Positions 51,774 to 61,379 of a DNA stretch of 64,000 nt are shown one piece after another; within the stretch, counting starts at the first letter, position 1, and each line of letters begins with the position of its first letter. The notes beneath the pieces are model-generated. The model did not search any database. It had not been told where the DNA came from and was given only the letters and a program-made list of their open reading frames with translations. The DNA is from Desulfatiglandales bacterium (GTDB taxonomy: Bacteria; Desulfobacterota; DSM-4660; Desulfatiglandales; HGW-15), in assembly GCA_963667015.2 (NCBI GenBank), contig CAXXJJ010000001.1, forward strand, positions 896,001 to 960,000. The letters are read 5' to 3'. Position numbers and translations under genes: made by a program.

Positions 51774-54209
51774 ATGCCGAAAATATTTTTTTTAAACGGA
51801 GAGAAAAAAGGAAAAAGCCAGGAATTTTTTGGCAACACTGTTTATATAGGTCGCCTGACTGATAATGACATCCAGATTATGGATAGGACAGTGTCACGGA
51901 AACATCTGCGTGTCACTGTCTCCGGCAATAAGTATATTCTCAAAGATTTAAGAAGCAAAAACGGGACATTCCTGAAAGGGCAGCAGCTGCTTCCTGATAT
52001 GGATTACGAGATAGAAGAGGGAACACCCTTTGCCGTCGGAAATGTTGCATTATCCCTTGGCGTAAAATCTACCGAAGATATTTTCAGTTCACATGAACTG
52101 GCAGATCTTTCCGGTCAATTCTCCAGTACGGCTATGTTTACCGCCTTTAGGGACCGTCCTATGACACCCCCTAAAAACATGGATTTTCTCTTCAAGATAT
52201 CCAACATTATTAACCAGTCTCTTAATATCAATGAAATAATGCAGAAGGTTCTGGATTATCTTTTTGAATTACTAAAGAGGATAGACAGGGGATTTGTTAT
52301 CCTTGTTGATACCGAGACAGGCGATTTTGCCAATGTGATATCTCGTTTTGCTAAATCGGCAGGTGATGGCTCAATGTCCTACAGCTACAGCAAAACGATT
52401 GTTGACGCTGTGATCAGGAGCGGCAAACCCCTGACAATACTTGATACGTTCGGACAGGAAGATGCTGATATTTCCGAGAGCATGGAACTTATGCAGGTCA
52501 AGTCAGTTATGTGTGTACCTCTCATATGCAAGGAAAAGGTGCTGGGAGTATTGTACGTTGATTCTGTAAAAATTCCCTATGGATTTAGAGAAGAAGACCT
52601 TGCCCTTGTTTCGGCATTATGCAGTACGGCGTCAATTGCAATCGAAAACGCCACGCTTTACCGGAATCTTGAATCTGTTGTTGAAAAAAGAACCAGTGCG
52701 CTTAATGATGTCGAAAAAATGCTGAGTGAAAGCGAGAAACGTTTCAGGGCTATGTTTAACAATCTCAGCAGTGGAGTCATTATATTAAAGGTACTTGATG
52801 ACGGGAACGACTTTGTTATCCTTGATATCAACAGGGCAGACTCGAGAATAGATAAAGTAAATAAAAAGAATGCAGTAGGCAGGAGGTTCCTTGACGTTTT
52901 CCCTGAGATCGAAAGTACCGGATTTATCGAAAAATTGACAAAGGTCTGGAAAACAGGAAAAGCAGAAAGATGCTCGATAATTATAGAAAAGGATGAAAAC
53001 AGAAAAAGCTGGAGAGAATACTATATTTATACCCTCCCTGATAACGAACTTGTCGCGATTTTTGATGATATAACCGAGAAAAAACAGGCAGAGTTTGAGC
53101 AGAAAGCCCTTCAGGAACAGCTTTTTGCCTCCCAGAAAATGGAGTCCATCGGTGCCTTTGCAGGAGGAACCGCACATAACTTCAGGAACATACTTCAGGC
53201 GATATCAGGCAATGTTGAATATCTTGAGGTCGTTTATGGTGACAAACCCGAGGTAAGGGAGCTGACAAAAAATATCTATGGTTCCATTGACAGAGGTGTA
53301 GGCCTGATAAATAATCTCCTGCATTTTGCCAAGCAGGGGTGGAAGCTTGAGATGGAAGAGCTTGACCTTGCTGAAGTTATCATGAGAATCCATGAGATAG
53401 TAGAGAAGGTTTTCAGTAAAAATATTAAAATTAAAATGATACTCGAGGACGGTCTCCAGGTAAGAGGTAATTCGTCTCTGCTCAGCCAGTCATTCATGAA
53501 CCTTTTTACAAACGCGAGGGATGCAATGCCCAACGGTGGTGAACTCACTGTAAAGGCAAAAAAGGTTAATAATAAGGTTGTAGCATATATCACTGATACG
53601 GGTCATGGTATAGAAAGTGAAGTAATAGATAAAATATTTGATCCTTTTTTTACATTAAAGGAAGTTGGGTCAGGAACCGGGCTGGGGTTGTCTACAACTC
53701 ATGGTATTATTGAGCAGCATAAAGGATCTATTACCGTTTCATCAAAAGTGGATAAAGGGACTACGTTTAAAATAACCTTGCCTGTCTCCAAAGGTAAGCT
53801 TAATAAAAAACAGGAGCTGAGAGGCCAGCTTGTAAAAGGGGATGGTCAGAAAATTCTAATTATTGATGATGAAGAATCAGTTTTAGAATCTATTTCCAAT
53901 CTGGTAACACAGCTGGGGTATACTGCAAACGCAATAAGCATGCCGACTGAGGGTATAGAGGTTTATAAAATATGGCGCCCCGATCTTGTTTTGATCGATA
54001 GAAACATGCCTGAAATGGATGGAATCCAGTGTATAGAACATCTGTTAAAGCTGGACCCTGATGCAAAGATAATAATTATTTCGGGCTATGAAAGTGATGG
54101 TTCAAACGGTATCAGTGATGATATCCGAAAAACAATTAAGGGATATTTAACCAAGCCGTGCAATGCCATAGAGTTAAGCAATATGGTCTATGACGTGCTT
54201 GAGTCTTGA
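51774..54209 (+). CDS. Hybrid histidine kinase: FHA-GAF-PAS-HisKA-HATPase-REC
   Basis: FHA (IGR, VSRKH, SKNGT), GAF (SVMCVPL, GVLYVD), AHNFRN H-box, NARDAM, DTGHG, GTGLGL and C-terminal receiver. Confidence 0.9.
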   Translation: MPKIFFLNGEKKGKSQEFFGNTVYIGRLTDNDIQIMDRTVSRKHLRVTVSGNKYILKDLRSKNGTFLKGQQLLPDMDYEIEEGTPFAVGNVALSLGVKSTEDIFSSHELADLSGQFSSTAMFTAFRDRPMTPPKNMDFLFKISNIINQSLNINEIMQKVLDYLFELLKRIDRGFVILVDTETGDFANVISRFAKSAGDGSMSYSYSKTIVDAVIRSGKPLTILDTFGQEDADISESMELMQVKSVMCVPLICKEKVLGVLYVDSVKIPYGFREEDLALVSALCSTASIAIENATLYRNLESVVEKRTSALNDVEKMLSESEKRFRAMFNNLSSGVIILKVLDDGNDFVILDINRADSRIDKVNKKNAVGRRFLDVFPEIESTGFIEKLTKVWKTGKAERCSIIIEKDENRKSWREYYIYTLPDNELVAIFDDITEKKQAEFEQKALQEQLFASQKMESIGAFAGGTAHNFRNILQAISGNVEYLEVVYGDKPEVRELTKNIYGSIDRGVGLINNLLHFAKQGWKLEMEELDLAEVIMRIHEIVEKVFSKNIKIKMILEDGLQVRGNSSLLSQSFMNLFTNARDAMPNGGELTVKAKKVNNKVVAYITDTGHGIESEVIDKIFDPFFTLKEVGSGTGLGLSTTHGIIEQHKGSITVSSKVDKGTTFKITLPVSKGKLNKKQELRGQLVKGDGQKILIIDDEESVLESISNLVTQLGYTANAISMPTEGIEVYKIWRPDLVLIDRNMPEMDGIQCIEHLLKLDPDAKIIIISGYESDGSNGISDDIRKTIKGYLTKPCNAIELSNMVYDVLES

Positions 54210-54226
54210 AGTGAGGAAGGAACAAT

Positions 54227-55630
54227 ATGATCCCTGACATTAATATCATTATACTTAAGTCAGAAAATCCCGAACAGGCAAAGACGATTGAAAGCAGTCT
54301 TAATGCCCTGACTGAGCGACCATGTATATCTGTTGATCACAGCGAAAGTATAGAGCAGTTGGATGCTCTGAAGCCTGATATGGTTATACTTGATCCATCG
54401 CTTGATCCGGATTTTTCCCTTAAGGTAATTCAGAAAATAAAGATACTTGATCCAACTACTCCAGTACTTACTTCGTCCTGCGAGTGTTTACCTGATGGAG
54501 AATTTTTTGCTGCCTTTCAGGGTGTTCACTTTCTCGAAGCCGATTGTGATCAAAAGATTCTGGAAAAGGCTGTTAATGGGGCACTTTCCTATAAGGCGAA
54601 ATATAGTCAATCAGCAGACTCCTCTTTTATCATCGGTAAAAGTAAGGGGATTGTCGACGTAAGAAGAAAAATAAAAAAAATTGCAGGTAAAGATATCACT
54701 GTTCTGGTTACAGGCGAAACAGGTACCGGCAAGGAACTGGTCGCCCGTTCAATTCATTTTCACAGCAATAGGTGTAGAGGCCCTCTTGTCAAGGTAGACT
54801 GCACCTCTCTACCTGATGAACTGCTCGAAAGCGAGATCTTCGGCTACCAGAAAGGTGCATTTACCGATGCCTACCGTGATAAACCCGGTCGTCTTGAAAT
54901 GGCAAACGAGGGCACACTGTTTGTTGATGAAATCGGGGATATTTCATTTTCACTGCAGGTAAAATTTTTACAGATATTTGAAGAAAAGGAGTTCTCAAGA
55001 CTCGGTGCAACAGCCCAGAAGGTTATTGATACAAGGGTTGTTGCAGCAACAAATGCTGATCTGTGGCAAAAGGTCCAAAAAGGAACCTTCAGAAATGATC
55101 TTTATTACCGCCTCAACATCATGCAGATAAAAATTCCACCTTTGCGGGAAAGAAGAGATGATATCCCTCTGCTTATTCACTTTTTTCTGAATAAATATTG
55201 TTTCGAATTTAAAAGGAAGGTCCCTAAAATTCCCGATAAAGTCCTGGATTTTTTGGTGTCATACAACTGGCCCGGCAACATCAGAGAGCTTGAAAATGTA
55301 ATGCGAAGGGCAATAGCTGTTTCAGACTGGGACTTTGTGCTTCAGGAACTGGATCAGACTAACAGGAATAATGATGCTGAATCCGGCCCGGGAAAAAACA
55401 TAGGATCAGCGGAACAGGATCAGGAAATCGCAGTACTTTTTAAACTGTTCAAGGAACATGAGTATGTTTTAAAAAAAATAAGCAAGGCGTATGTCTCCGA
55501 AAAGGAAAAGGAGGCTATCCTTAAGACCCTCAATTCGACCCAGTGGAACAGGACAAAGGCAGCAGACCTCCTGGGTGTGAGTTACAAGACGCTTATCAAT
55601 AGATTGCAGGAGTTTGAGTTAAAACCGTAG
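54227..55630 (+). CDS. sigma54-dependent activator with degenerate receiver domain
   Basis: GETGTGKE, GAFTDA, DEIG, DLYYRL, WPGNIREL and Fis-type HTH. Confidence 0.9.
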   Translation: MIPDINIIILKSENPEQAKTIESSLNALTERPCISVDHSESIEQLDALKPDMVILDPSLDPDFSLKVIQKIKILDPTTPVLTSSCECLPDGEFFAAFQGVHFLEADCDQKILEKAVNGALSYKAKYSQSADSSFIIGKSKGIVDVRRKIKKIAGKDITVLVTGETGTGKELVARSIHFHSNRCRGPLVKVDCTSLPDELLESEIFGYQKGAFTDAYRDKPGRLEMANEGTLFVDEIGDISFSLQVKFLQIFEEKEFSRLGATAQKVIDTRVVAATNADLWQKVQKGTFRNDLYYRLNIMQIKIPPLRERRDDIPLLIHFFLNKYCFEFKRKVPKIPDKVLDFLVSYNWPGNIRELENVMRRAIAVSDWDFVLQELDQTNRNNDAESGPGKNIGSAEQDQEIAVLFKLFKEHEYVLKKISKAYVSEKEKEAILKTLNSTQWNRTKAADLLGVSYKTLINRLQEFELKP

Positions 55631-55678
55631 GGCAGAGGTCAGGAAAAAGCTAGAGGTCAGAAGTCAGAGATCAGAAAC

Positions 55679-55890
55679 TGGAAATCCAATCTGAACCACA
55701 AAGACGCAAAGAACGCTAAGAAAGCAGATATAGTTTATTAAACAGAAAAGTTAACATAAAGACTGAAGAGTTATTTTCGTCTTCCTGCTTTTATCTTGTG
55801 TATTCTGACTTCTGATCTGTGATTTCTGACTTCCAGTCTTTACCCGATGGCATTGTATCTTTCTGATATTTATCTAATAACCCAACAAAC
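55679..55890 (+). repeat. About 210-bp direct repeat, copy 1 (contains family A, B and AACCCAA arms)
   Basis: Near-identical to 56686-56900; starts TGGAAATCCAATCTGAACCACAAAGACGC. Confidence 0.9.
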
Positions 55891-55934
55891 CCAAGTAACT
55901 CAATCAACCCTATCAACCCAAGTAACCCAATCTA

Positions 55935-56317
55935 TCATAACAGTACTACTCCCGGGATCTTTGAAAAATGAGGATCAAGTGTGAATATCTTACTGTTAGA
56001 TTCCAAAGCAAGGGATACTATAATAAGGTCAGTGGTCGGTATCGTAATACCTTTTCTGTGCAGATCGAATGAAATCTTTCCTGACATGATCCATGTATTT
56101 ATATTGGCTTCCAGTAATGGGAGTGCGGTGTAGTTGTTTAGAATTGCATCAAATTCTTTTTGATTTTTGCACCTTGCAATAGTTCGGTCAGAATTATTCC
56201 AGCGCCCAGAACTTTATTTTCAATAAGCATATTCTCGAGTCGGGCTCCTGTTTTTGATTCGGCTTTGTTAAAATATTCTATCCATACAGACGTATCCGCG
56301 AGAATGTCAGCTTTCAT
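55935..56317 (-). pseudogene. vapC: VapC PIN toxin with a single-base frameshift
   Basis: ADTSVWI...TELLQG, shift at the A5 run (56157-56161), then KEFDAIL...GITIPTTDLII...FTLDPHF to TGA at 55935. Confidence 0.85.
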
Positions 56318-56513
56318 CAATCTCCATCTCCCTTAATGCTTTCAGGTTATCTTCGAGATGCAGCTGACCTTTAAGCGCAAGAAGGTTTTTTACCTGTTTC
56401 TGTTTTATATATTCCTCAAGAATTATATTAACAGCCTGAGATTGATTTTTTGCACCGGAAAGCTCAACAGCTTTTTCAATTATCTCTTTTTTTAAATTAA
56501 GAGTTGTGCGCAT
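56307..56513 (-). CDS. vapB: VapB-family antitoxin
   Basis: MRTTLNL...SQAVNIILEEYI; overlaps the vapC start. Confidence 0.85.
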   Translation of the reverse strand: MRTTLNLKKEIIEKAVELSGAKNQSQAVNIILEEYIKQKQVKNLLALKGQLHLEDNLKALREMEIDES

Positions 56514-56685
56514 ATTGTACTCCTTATAAATTATGATAAAATATTATGATTATTATTTATGCAGTGTCAAGTATAATGATTATGTTTTATATGTTCCCGA
56601 CTTTCATAGCCTGATATATGTAGGTATGTTTCTTCACTCTTCGCTTTTTTAAATTTATCCAGTTCTTGGTACAGCGAAGATAATA

Positions 56686-56900
56686 TGGAAATCCAACCTG
56701 AACCGCAAAGACGCAAAGAACGCTAAGAAAACAGGTATAGTTTATTAAACAGAAAGGTTAGCATAAAGACTGAAGTGTTATTTTCGTCTTCCTTCTTTTA
56801 TCTCGTGTATTCTGACTTCTGATCTGTGATTTCTGACTTCAAGTCTATACCCGATGGCATTGTATCTTTGCGGCATTTATCTGATAACCTAATAAACCCG
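56686..56900 (+). repeat. About 210-bp direct repeat, copy 2
   Basis: Near-identical to 55679-55890. Confidence 0.9.
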
Positions 56901-57104
56901 ACAAACCCAAGCAACCCAAATAACCGCCTTCCTTCCAGCTTTGAGCCCTGACTTACGATTTTATCCCTTTTACCTCTACCATAATAGTTTCCCTGGCACG
57001 GCGAAGATAATAAACGAAGCCGGCTGACTTCCGGTCTCCGATCTCTTTTTTTTCTTTTCCTAATAGCCTCCAGTCTAAACCCCTACAGCCTGACTTTATA
57101 ACTG

Positions 57105-57163
57105 TGTAATGTTTTACCATTATATGGAGTTGTTTTACATTTTTATTGGGAAAAGTTTTACAT
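57105..57163 (+). promoter_or_regulatory. Putative enhancer boxes for a sigma54 activator
   Basis: Three GTTTTAC(A/C) motifs at about 57111, 57132 and 57156; the first is in the near-palindrome TGTAATGTTTTACC; 120-170 bp upstream of the sigma54 site. Confidence 0.5.
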
Positions 57164-57278
57164 ATGAAGCTATAGGTGAAAAATAAATATCTTTTTTTTA
57201 AAAAAACAAAATTACTAACAGCTTGGTAATAAAGGATAAATTGGGTTATTTAGGAATGTTCCAGTTTTATTTGGTAGC

Positions 57279-57293
57279 TGGCACGGCAGTTGC
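57279..57293 (+). promoter_or_regulatory. sigma54 (-24/-12) promoter
   Basis: TGGCAC-GGCAG-TTGC, exact consensus spacing, upstream of the PEP-CTERM gene. Confidence 0.85.
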
Positions 57294-57419
57294 TATATCA
57301 GAAGATACATAAAAAATAGTAATTTTTTCTTCAACAAAAATAACTATATTTTTAAAATTTTATTGGTTTTAGAAACTGATTTATTAAACATATTTTATAA
57401 TTTTAAAAGGAGGAATGAG

Positions 57420-58100
57420 ATGAAAAAAATTGTATTTTTATTAATATTATTTGCGTTTTTAATAGGTGTTGTTTCTATAGCGAATGCAACCCCTACCGAG
57501 TATGAATACTATGAAACTCCCGCAGGTTGGAATGTTATAGCATCTGTATCACCTGAATCGGACTCAGCTACTCTTAATCTTTCCCATGATCATTATTATA
57601 CCTGGGAGATCGAAGATATCACACCACCACCCTACCAAATAGAATCTATCAGGATTGTTTTTGATAATATATATAATGATGTTCTTAACGATAATACTGA
57701 TTCTTTAAGTGTTTTTATTTTTGATAATGTTGATCCATATAATATGTATGATTTCCTTCCTATATGGCCAGGCTTTACTATACATGGAGATGGTAGCAAC
57801 ACTGCTTATCCCCTGTGGGATACGATGTATAATGCTACTTTTGTTGATGTTTGGCATGATCCTACTGATAGCCCCAATAACACATATGATGTTGTATTTG
57901 AAATAACTAATTCTGATTTGATTAGCTATATTACCAACGGGAATAGTTTTGGGATTGGTATTGATCCCGATTGTGCATATAAGGTAAGTGAAATTCGTGT
58001 CGAGGCTCCAGTACCCGAACCAACTACAATGCTTCTTCTTGGTTCTGGCTTAGTAGGTCTGGCAGGATTTGGACGTAAAAGATTTTTCAAAAAAGGTTAA
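57420..58100 (+). CDS. PEP-CTERM sorting domain surface protein
   Basis: Signal peptide after AAGGAGG; C-terminal VPEP-TM helix-RKRFFKK. Confidence 0.93.
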   Translation: MKKIVFLLILFAFLIGVVSIANATPTEYEYYETPAGWNVIASVSPESDSATLNLSHDHYYTWEIEDITPPPYQIESIRIVFDNIYNDVLNDNTDSLSVFIFDNVDPYNMYDFLPIWPGFTIHGDGSNTAYPLWDTMYNATFVDVWHDPTDSPNNTYDVVFEITNSDLISYITNGNSFGIGIDPDCAYKVSEIRVEAPVPEPTTMLLLGSGLVGLAGFGRKRFFKKG

Positions 58101-58110
58101 TGTTTAACTG

Positions 58111-58144
58111 ATATGAGGAAGAGATATTCTCTTCCTCATATTTT
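58111..58144 (+). terminator. Intrinsic terminator
   Basis: ATATGAGGAAGAGA / TCTCTTCCTCATAT 14-bp stem plus Ts. Confidence 0.75.
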
Positions 58145-58390
58145 CCTGAAACCCTATAAACTATAGACTATTAGACTAAAGCCATGACATCAGCTATCCA
58201 ACACTATTTGAATCCCCTTCATATTTACTGCCGTCTCAGGAATATCGGCCTGGGCAAAAGACAGGCAGCATTTATCTGTAAAATATATGAGAATATTATA
58301 TTTCGGGCTTTTATATTAAAAGAACGGGTTGGGTAAGCGTTGTTGGTTTCTATTATGTGGAGTGTAAATAAAGTGAGTAACTCTGGAGAA

Positions 58391-58564
58391 ATGCTGGAAA
58401 TCAGGGATAATGGCGGCAGACGCTCAGGCATAGACAGAAGATACTATTCATATTCAGGCCACATACCGGAGCGCCGCTGTGGATTTGATCGTCGCAAATT
58501 GGAAGATAGACGTCAATCTGCTCCGGAACAGCAGGATCTGGAGAGAAGGAAAGCGTTTAATTAG
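58391..58564 (+). CDS. Small Arg-rich protein with repeated (D/E)RR motifs (start uncertain)
   Basis: MLEIRDNGGRRSGIDRR...PERRCGFDRRKLEDRR...LERRKAFN; GGAG motifs upstream. Confidence 0.7.
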   Translation: MLEIRDNGGRRSGIDRRYYSYSGHIPERRCGFDRRKLEDRRQSAPEQQDLERRKAFN

Positions 58565-58855
58565 TCTGATAGGCTGTAGGCTATAGACTGTTAGTTTAAA
58601 ACAAAGACTTCCCAAATACCTTGAAATAACACCCTTCGATGATTACTGTTTTCAGCAATACATAATACCCAATAACAAAATTTTTTATCTGTATGCTGGT
58701 GTTCACTGATCGCTGACTTCTGCTCTCTGACATCTATTATTTTTATGTTCTTTGACATCGGGCTTTTCTTCGTGTCTTTGAGACTTAGTGGCCCCCAATC
58801 TAACATCTAATAAATATTGACAAAATATAATAACTATGTAAATCTTTGCCACATT

Positions 58856-59854
58856 ATGGAATATCCATTTATAGGCAATCATCCTTCAATACAAAAGATC
58901 AGGGAACTTGTTTCCATGGTTTCCGGCATGGCTTTAAATGTCCTTCTGCTTGGTGAAACCGGAACTGGCAAGGATGTTGTTGCCCGATTCCTTCACAACT
59001 CTTCACCACGTAAAAACAAAAAATTCATCAAGGTCAACTGCGCTGCCCTTCCGCAGTCTCTTCTTGAAAGTGAACTTTTTGGATATGAAAAAGGCGCATT
59101 TACAGGTGCTGACAAATTAAAGCCCGGGCGCTTTGAACAGGCCTCTGATGGTGTGATGTTTCTCGATGAAATAGGAGATATGCCTCTTCCACTCCAGGCA
59201 AAACTGCTGAATGTTCTCCAGAGCGGTGAATACAACAGGCTTGGCGGCTCCGAAAGTGTAAAGGTGAACTCCTGGGTCATAAGCTCAACAAATCATGATC
59301 TGAGTAAAGATATAAAAGAAGGGCTCTTCAGGGAAGATCTCTTCTATCGTCTTAATGTGATAAAAATAGAGATGCTGCCCTTAAGGGAAAGGATGGATGA
59401 TATTCCGCTGCTTACAGAATATTTCATCAGAAAAAATCAACTGGATCTGGATATCGGAAGCTTCAAAATAAACCCTGAACTTGAAAAGATTTTTTTACAG
59501 TATCCCTGGCCTGGAAATGTAAGAGAGCTTTCAACTGTTATCTTAAGGCTCATGATGGGCGATGATACTGATGCGATTAAAAATGAATTTCTCAGAAATA
59601 TGGAGATGAGTTCTTCCGGGGATTCGATCGCTTTAGAAGGGGAGATGATTACTGGCCCTTCAACTGAAAATGGGCTCACAAATAATCAAAATATTTCTCT
59701 CAAAGATATAAAGGCTGAAGCGGCTGCATATATAGAGAAAAGAGCAATCAACCATGTTCTTAACATGACACATGGCAATAAAATCCAGACTGCAAAGATA
59801 CTTAAGATAAGCTATAAGACGCTTTTTAATAAGATGAATGAATTGGGGATGTAA
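58856..59854 (+). CDS. sigma54-dependent activator lacking an N-terminal sensor domain
   Basis: AAA+ domain starts immediately (FIG, GETGTGKD, GAFTGA, REDLFYRL, WPGNVREL); C-terminal HTH. Confidence 0.9.
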   Translation: MEYPFIGNHPSIQKIRELVSMVSGMALNVLLLGETGTGKDVVARFLHNSSPRKNKKFIKVNCAALPQSLLESELFGYEKGAFTGADKLKPGRFEQASDGVMFLDEIGDMPLPLQAKLLNVLQSGEYNRLGGSESVKVNSWVISSTNHDLSKDIKEGLFREDLFYRLNVIKIEMLPLRERMDDIPLLTEYFIRKNQLDLDIGSFKINPELEKIFLQYPWPGNVRELSTVILRLMMGDDTDAIKNEFLRNMEMSSSGDSIALEGEMITGPSTENGLTNNQNISLKDIKAEAAAYIEKRAINHVLNMTHGNKIQTAKILKISYKTLFNKMNELGM

Positions 59855-59929
59855 GATGCTGCAGATGTCGGAAATCTGAAGTCAGAGATCAGATAATGCT
59901 GAACCGCAAAGAACGTTAATAAAATATTT

Positions 59930-60132
59930 AGACAGGATCAACAGGATAAATATTTTTTTCTCCCGGAAGAAGAACAAAATGATATCATTATTTTAATTAA
60001 TTTTTGATAAATATAAATATTGGGGAGCTTATTAAGTCTTCAATTTTCTTGCGGGTTATTGGATTCATCTTTCTCACTTTCATCCGGAAAGTGTGAAAAA
60101 ATAAAATCATGAAGATCATGTAAATCCTGTCT
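59930..60132. mobile_element. MITE-like element, family D, copy 1
   Basis: Ends AGACAGGAT / ATCCTGTCT with 9-bp-periodic arms; internal TTTCTCACTTTCATCCGGAAAGTG hairpin. Confidence 0.7.
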
Positions 60133-60182
60133 GAGAATAATTGTTCAGCGATTAGATAAAAAAATCTCCTGGAGGAGCAAAG

Positions 60183-60782
60183 ATGAGAATAAGAACCATC
60201 ATAACAATAGTAAGCTTGATCACAATATGCGTTTTTATATTCAGCAATCTGTCGTTGGCACAGGATAGCAAGGCTGATTCAAAATCAAATGAGTCACAGG
60301 AGTATTATAAGGTCGGCGCCAACGATGTACTCAATATCTTTGTCTGGAATGAACCTGATCTGACACAGGATATCTCAGTTATGCCGGATGGCAGAATAAT
60401 ATTTCCTATGATCGGTGAAGTGATGGCAAAGGGAAGATCTGTAATTGACCTTAAGAAAATCATCACGGAAAAACTAAAAGATTATGTAAGCAATCCCGAA
60501 GTAACAGTTATGGTTCGTCAGAGCAACAGCAGGCAGATCTACACAATCGGCAAATTAAATGCTCCCGGTCCTTACCCCCTTGCTCCTGATATGACGGTAC
60601 TGCAGGCATTATCAACTGCCGGAGGCTTTACTGAATGGGCGGACACAAAACATGTAATGGTTGTACGCAGGGGAAATGATAAGGAGACAATGTTACCTTT
60701 TAATTATCAGGATTTTATCGAGGGTAAAAACCCTGCGCAAAATATACTGCTGGAACCCGGAGATACAATTGTAGTACCGTAG
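60183..60782 (+). CDS. Polysaccharide export protein (short Wza/OPX type)
   Basis: YKVGANDVL, VMPDGRIIFPMIG (PES motif), ALSTAGGF (SLBB) and LEPGDTIVVP. Confidence 0.92.
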   Translation: MRIRTIITIVSLITICVFIFSNLSLAQDSKADSKSNESQEYYKVGANDVLNIFVWNEPDLTQDISVMPDGRIIFPMIGEVMAKGRSVIDLKKIITEKLKDYVSNPEVTVMVRQSNSRQIYTIGKLNAPGPYPLAPDMTVLQALSTAGGFTEWADTKHVMVVRRGNDKETMLPFNYQDFIEGKNPAQNILLEPGDTIVVP

Positions 60783-60835
60783 CGTTGCGCATAGGGCAGA
60801 GAGCATGGTGCATAGAGTTTAAATTCTAAAATCAT

Positions 60836-61156
60836 TAGACAGGATTTACAGGATTGACTGGATATAATTTTTGCTTTTCCAGAAGAAAAGCAAAAAGGTA
60901 TCATTCCTCATTTAAGGAGTTGGTGAACCAATACTTTATCCTGTAAAAAATATTGTAAGTAACCATTTTCTCTGTAACATGGAGGGTTATTCTTTCTCAC
61001 TTTCATCCGGAAAGTGAGAAAAAACAAAAATCCTGAAAATCCCTGGCCTAGACCTGGTATTGTCATAAGAGGTTTAATATTAAGGATTTTGAATAAAATA
61101 TCTGAGTGGAAATTTAATTTAAAGTCACGCCAGGGCAGGCATGTTGATCCTGTCTA
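60836..61156. mobile_element. MITE-like element, family D, copy 2, with a nested insert at about 61041-61139
   Basis: TAGACAGGATTTACAGGATTGACTGGAT ... ATCCTGTCTA; same internal hairpin as copy 1. Confidence 0.7.
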
Positions 61157-61379
61157 GTAGAGTTTTATGAGTTTTTAGAAGGCATTGATATTGTTTTTCT
61201 TTGTGACTTAGTGCCTTCGTGGTAATTGGTATAAAAATTGCTTTTATGGTTAAAAAGCCCATAACATGGAAAGAAAGACGTATTTTTATTATTAAATGTG
61301 TCAATATTAAAACAAAATGCCGGATTGTCGACAAGTAAATCGGTGTCTTTTAAAGCTTTTATATGTAAGGTTAGATACA

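Noticed and set aside
55877..55931. AACCCAA-type tandem array as a CRISPR
   Set aside because: Period is 9 bp with no unique spacers, and there are no cas genes in the window.
55679..56900. Integron cassette with attC sites around vapBC
   Set aside because: No integron integrase in the window and no convincing RYYYAAC...GTTRRRY attC structure; flanks are long direct repeats.
56994..57008. Second sigma54 promoter (TGGCACG)
   Set aside because: No TTGC at -12, and it is part of a short repeat also seen near 56667.
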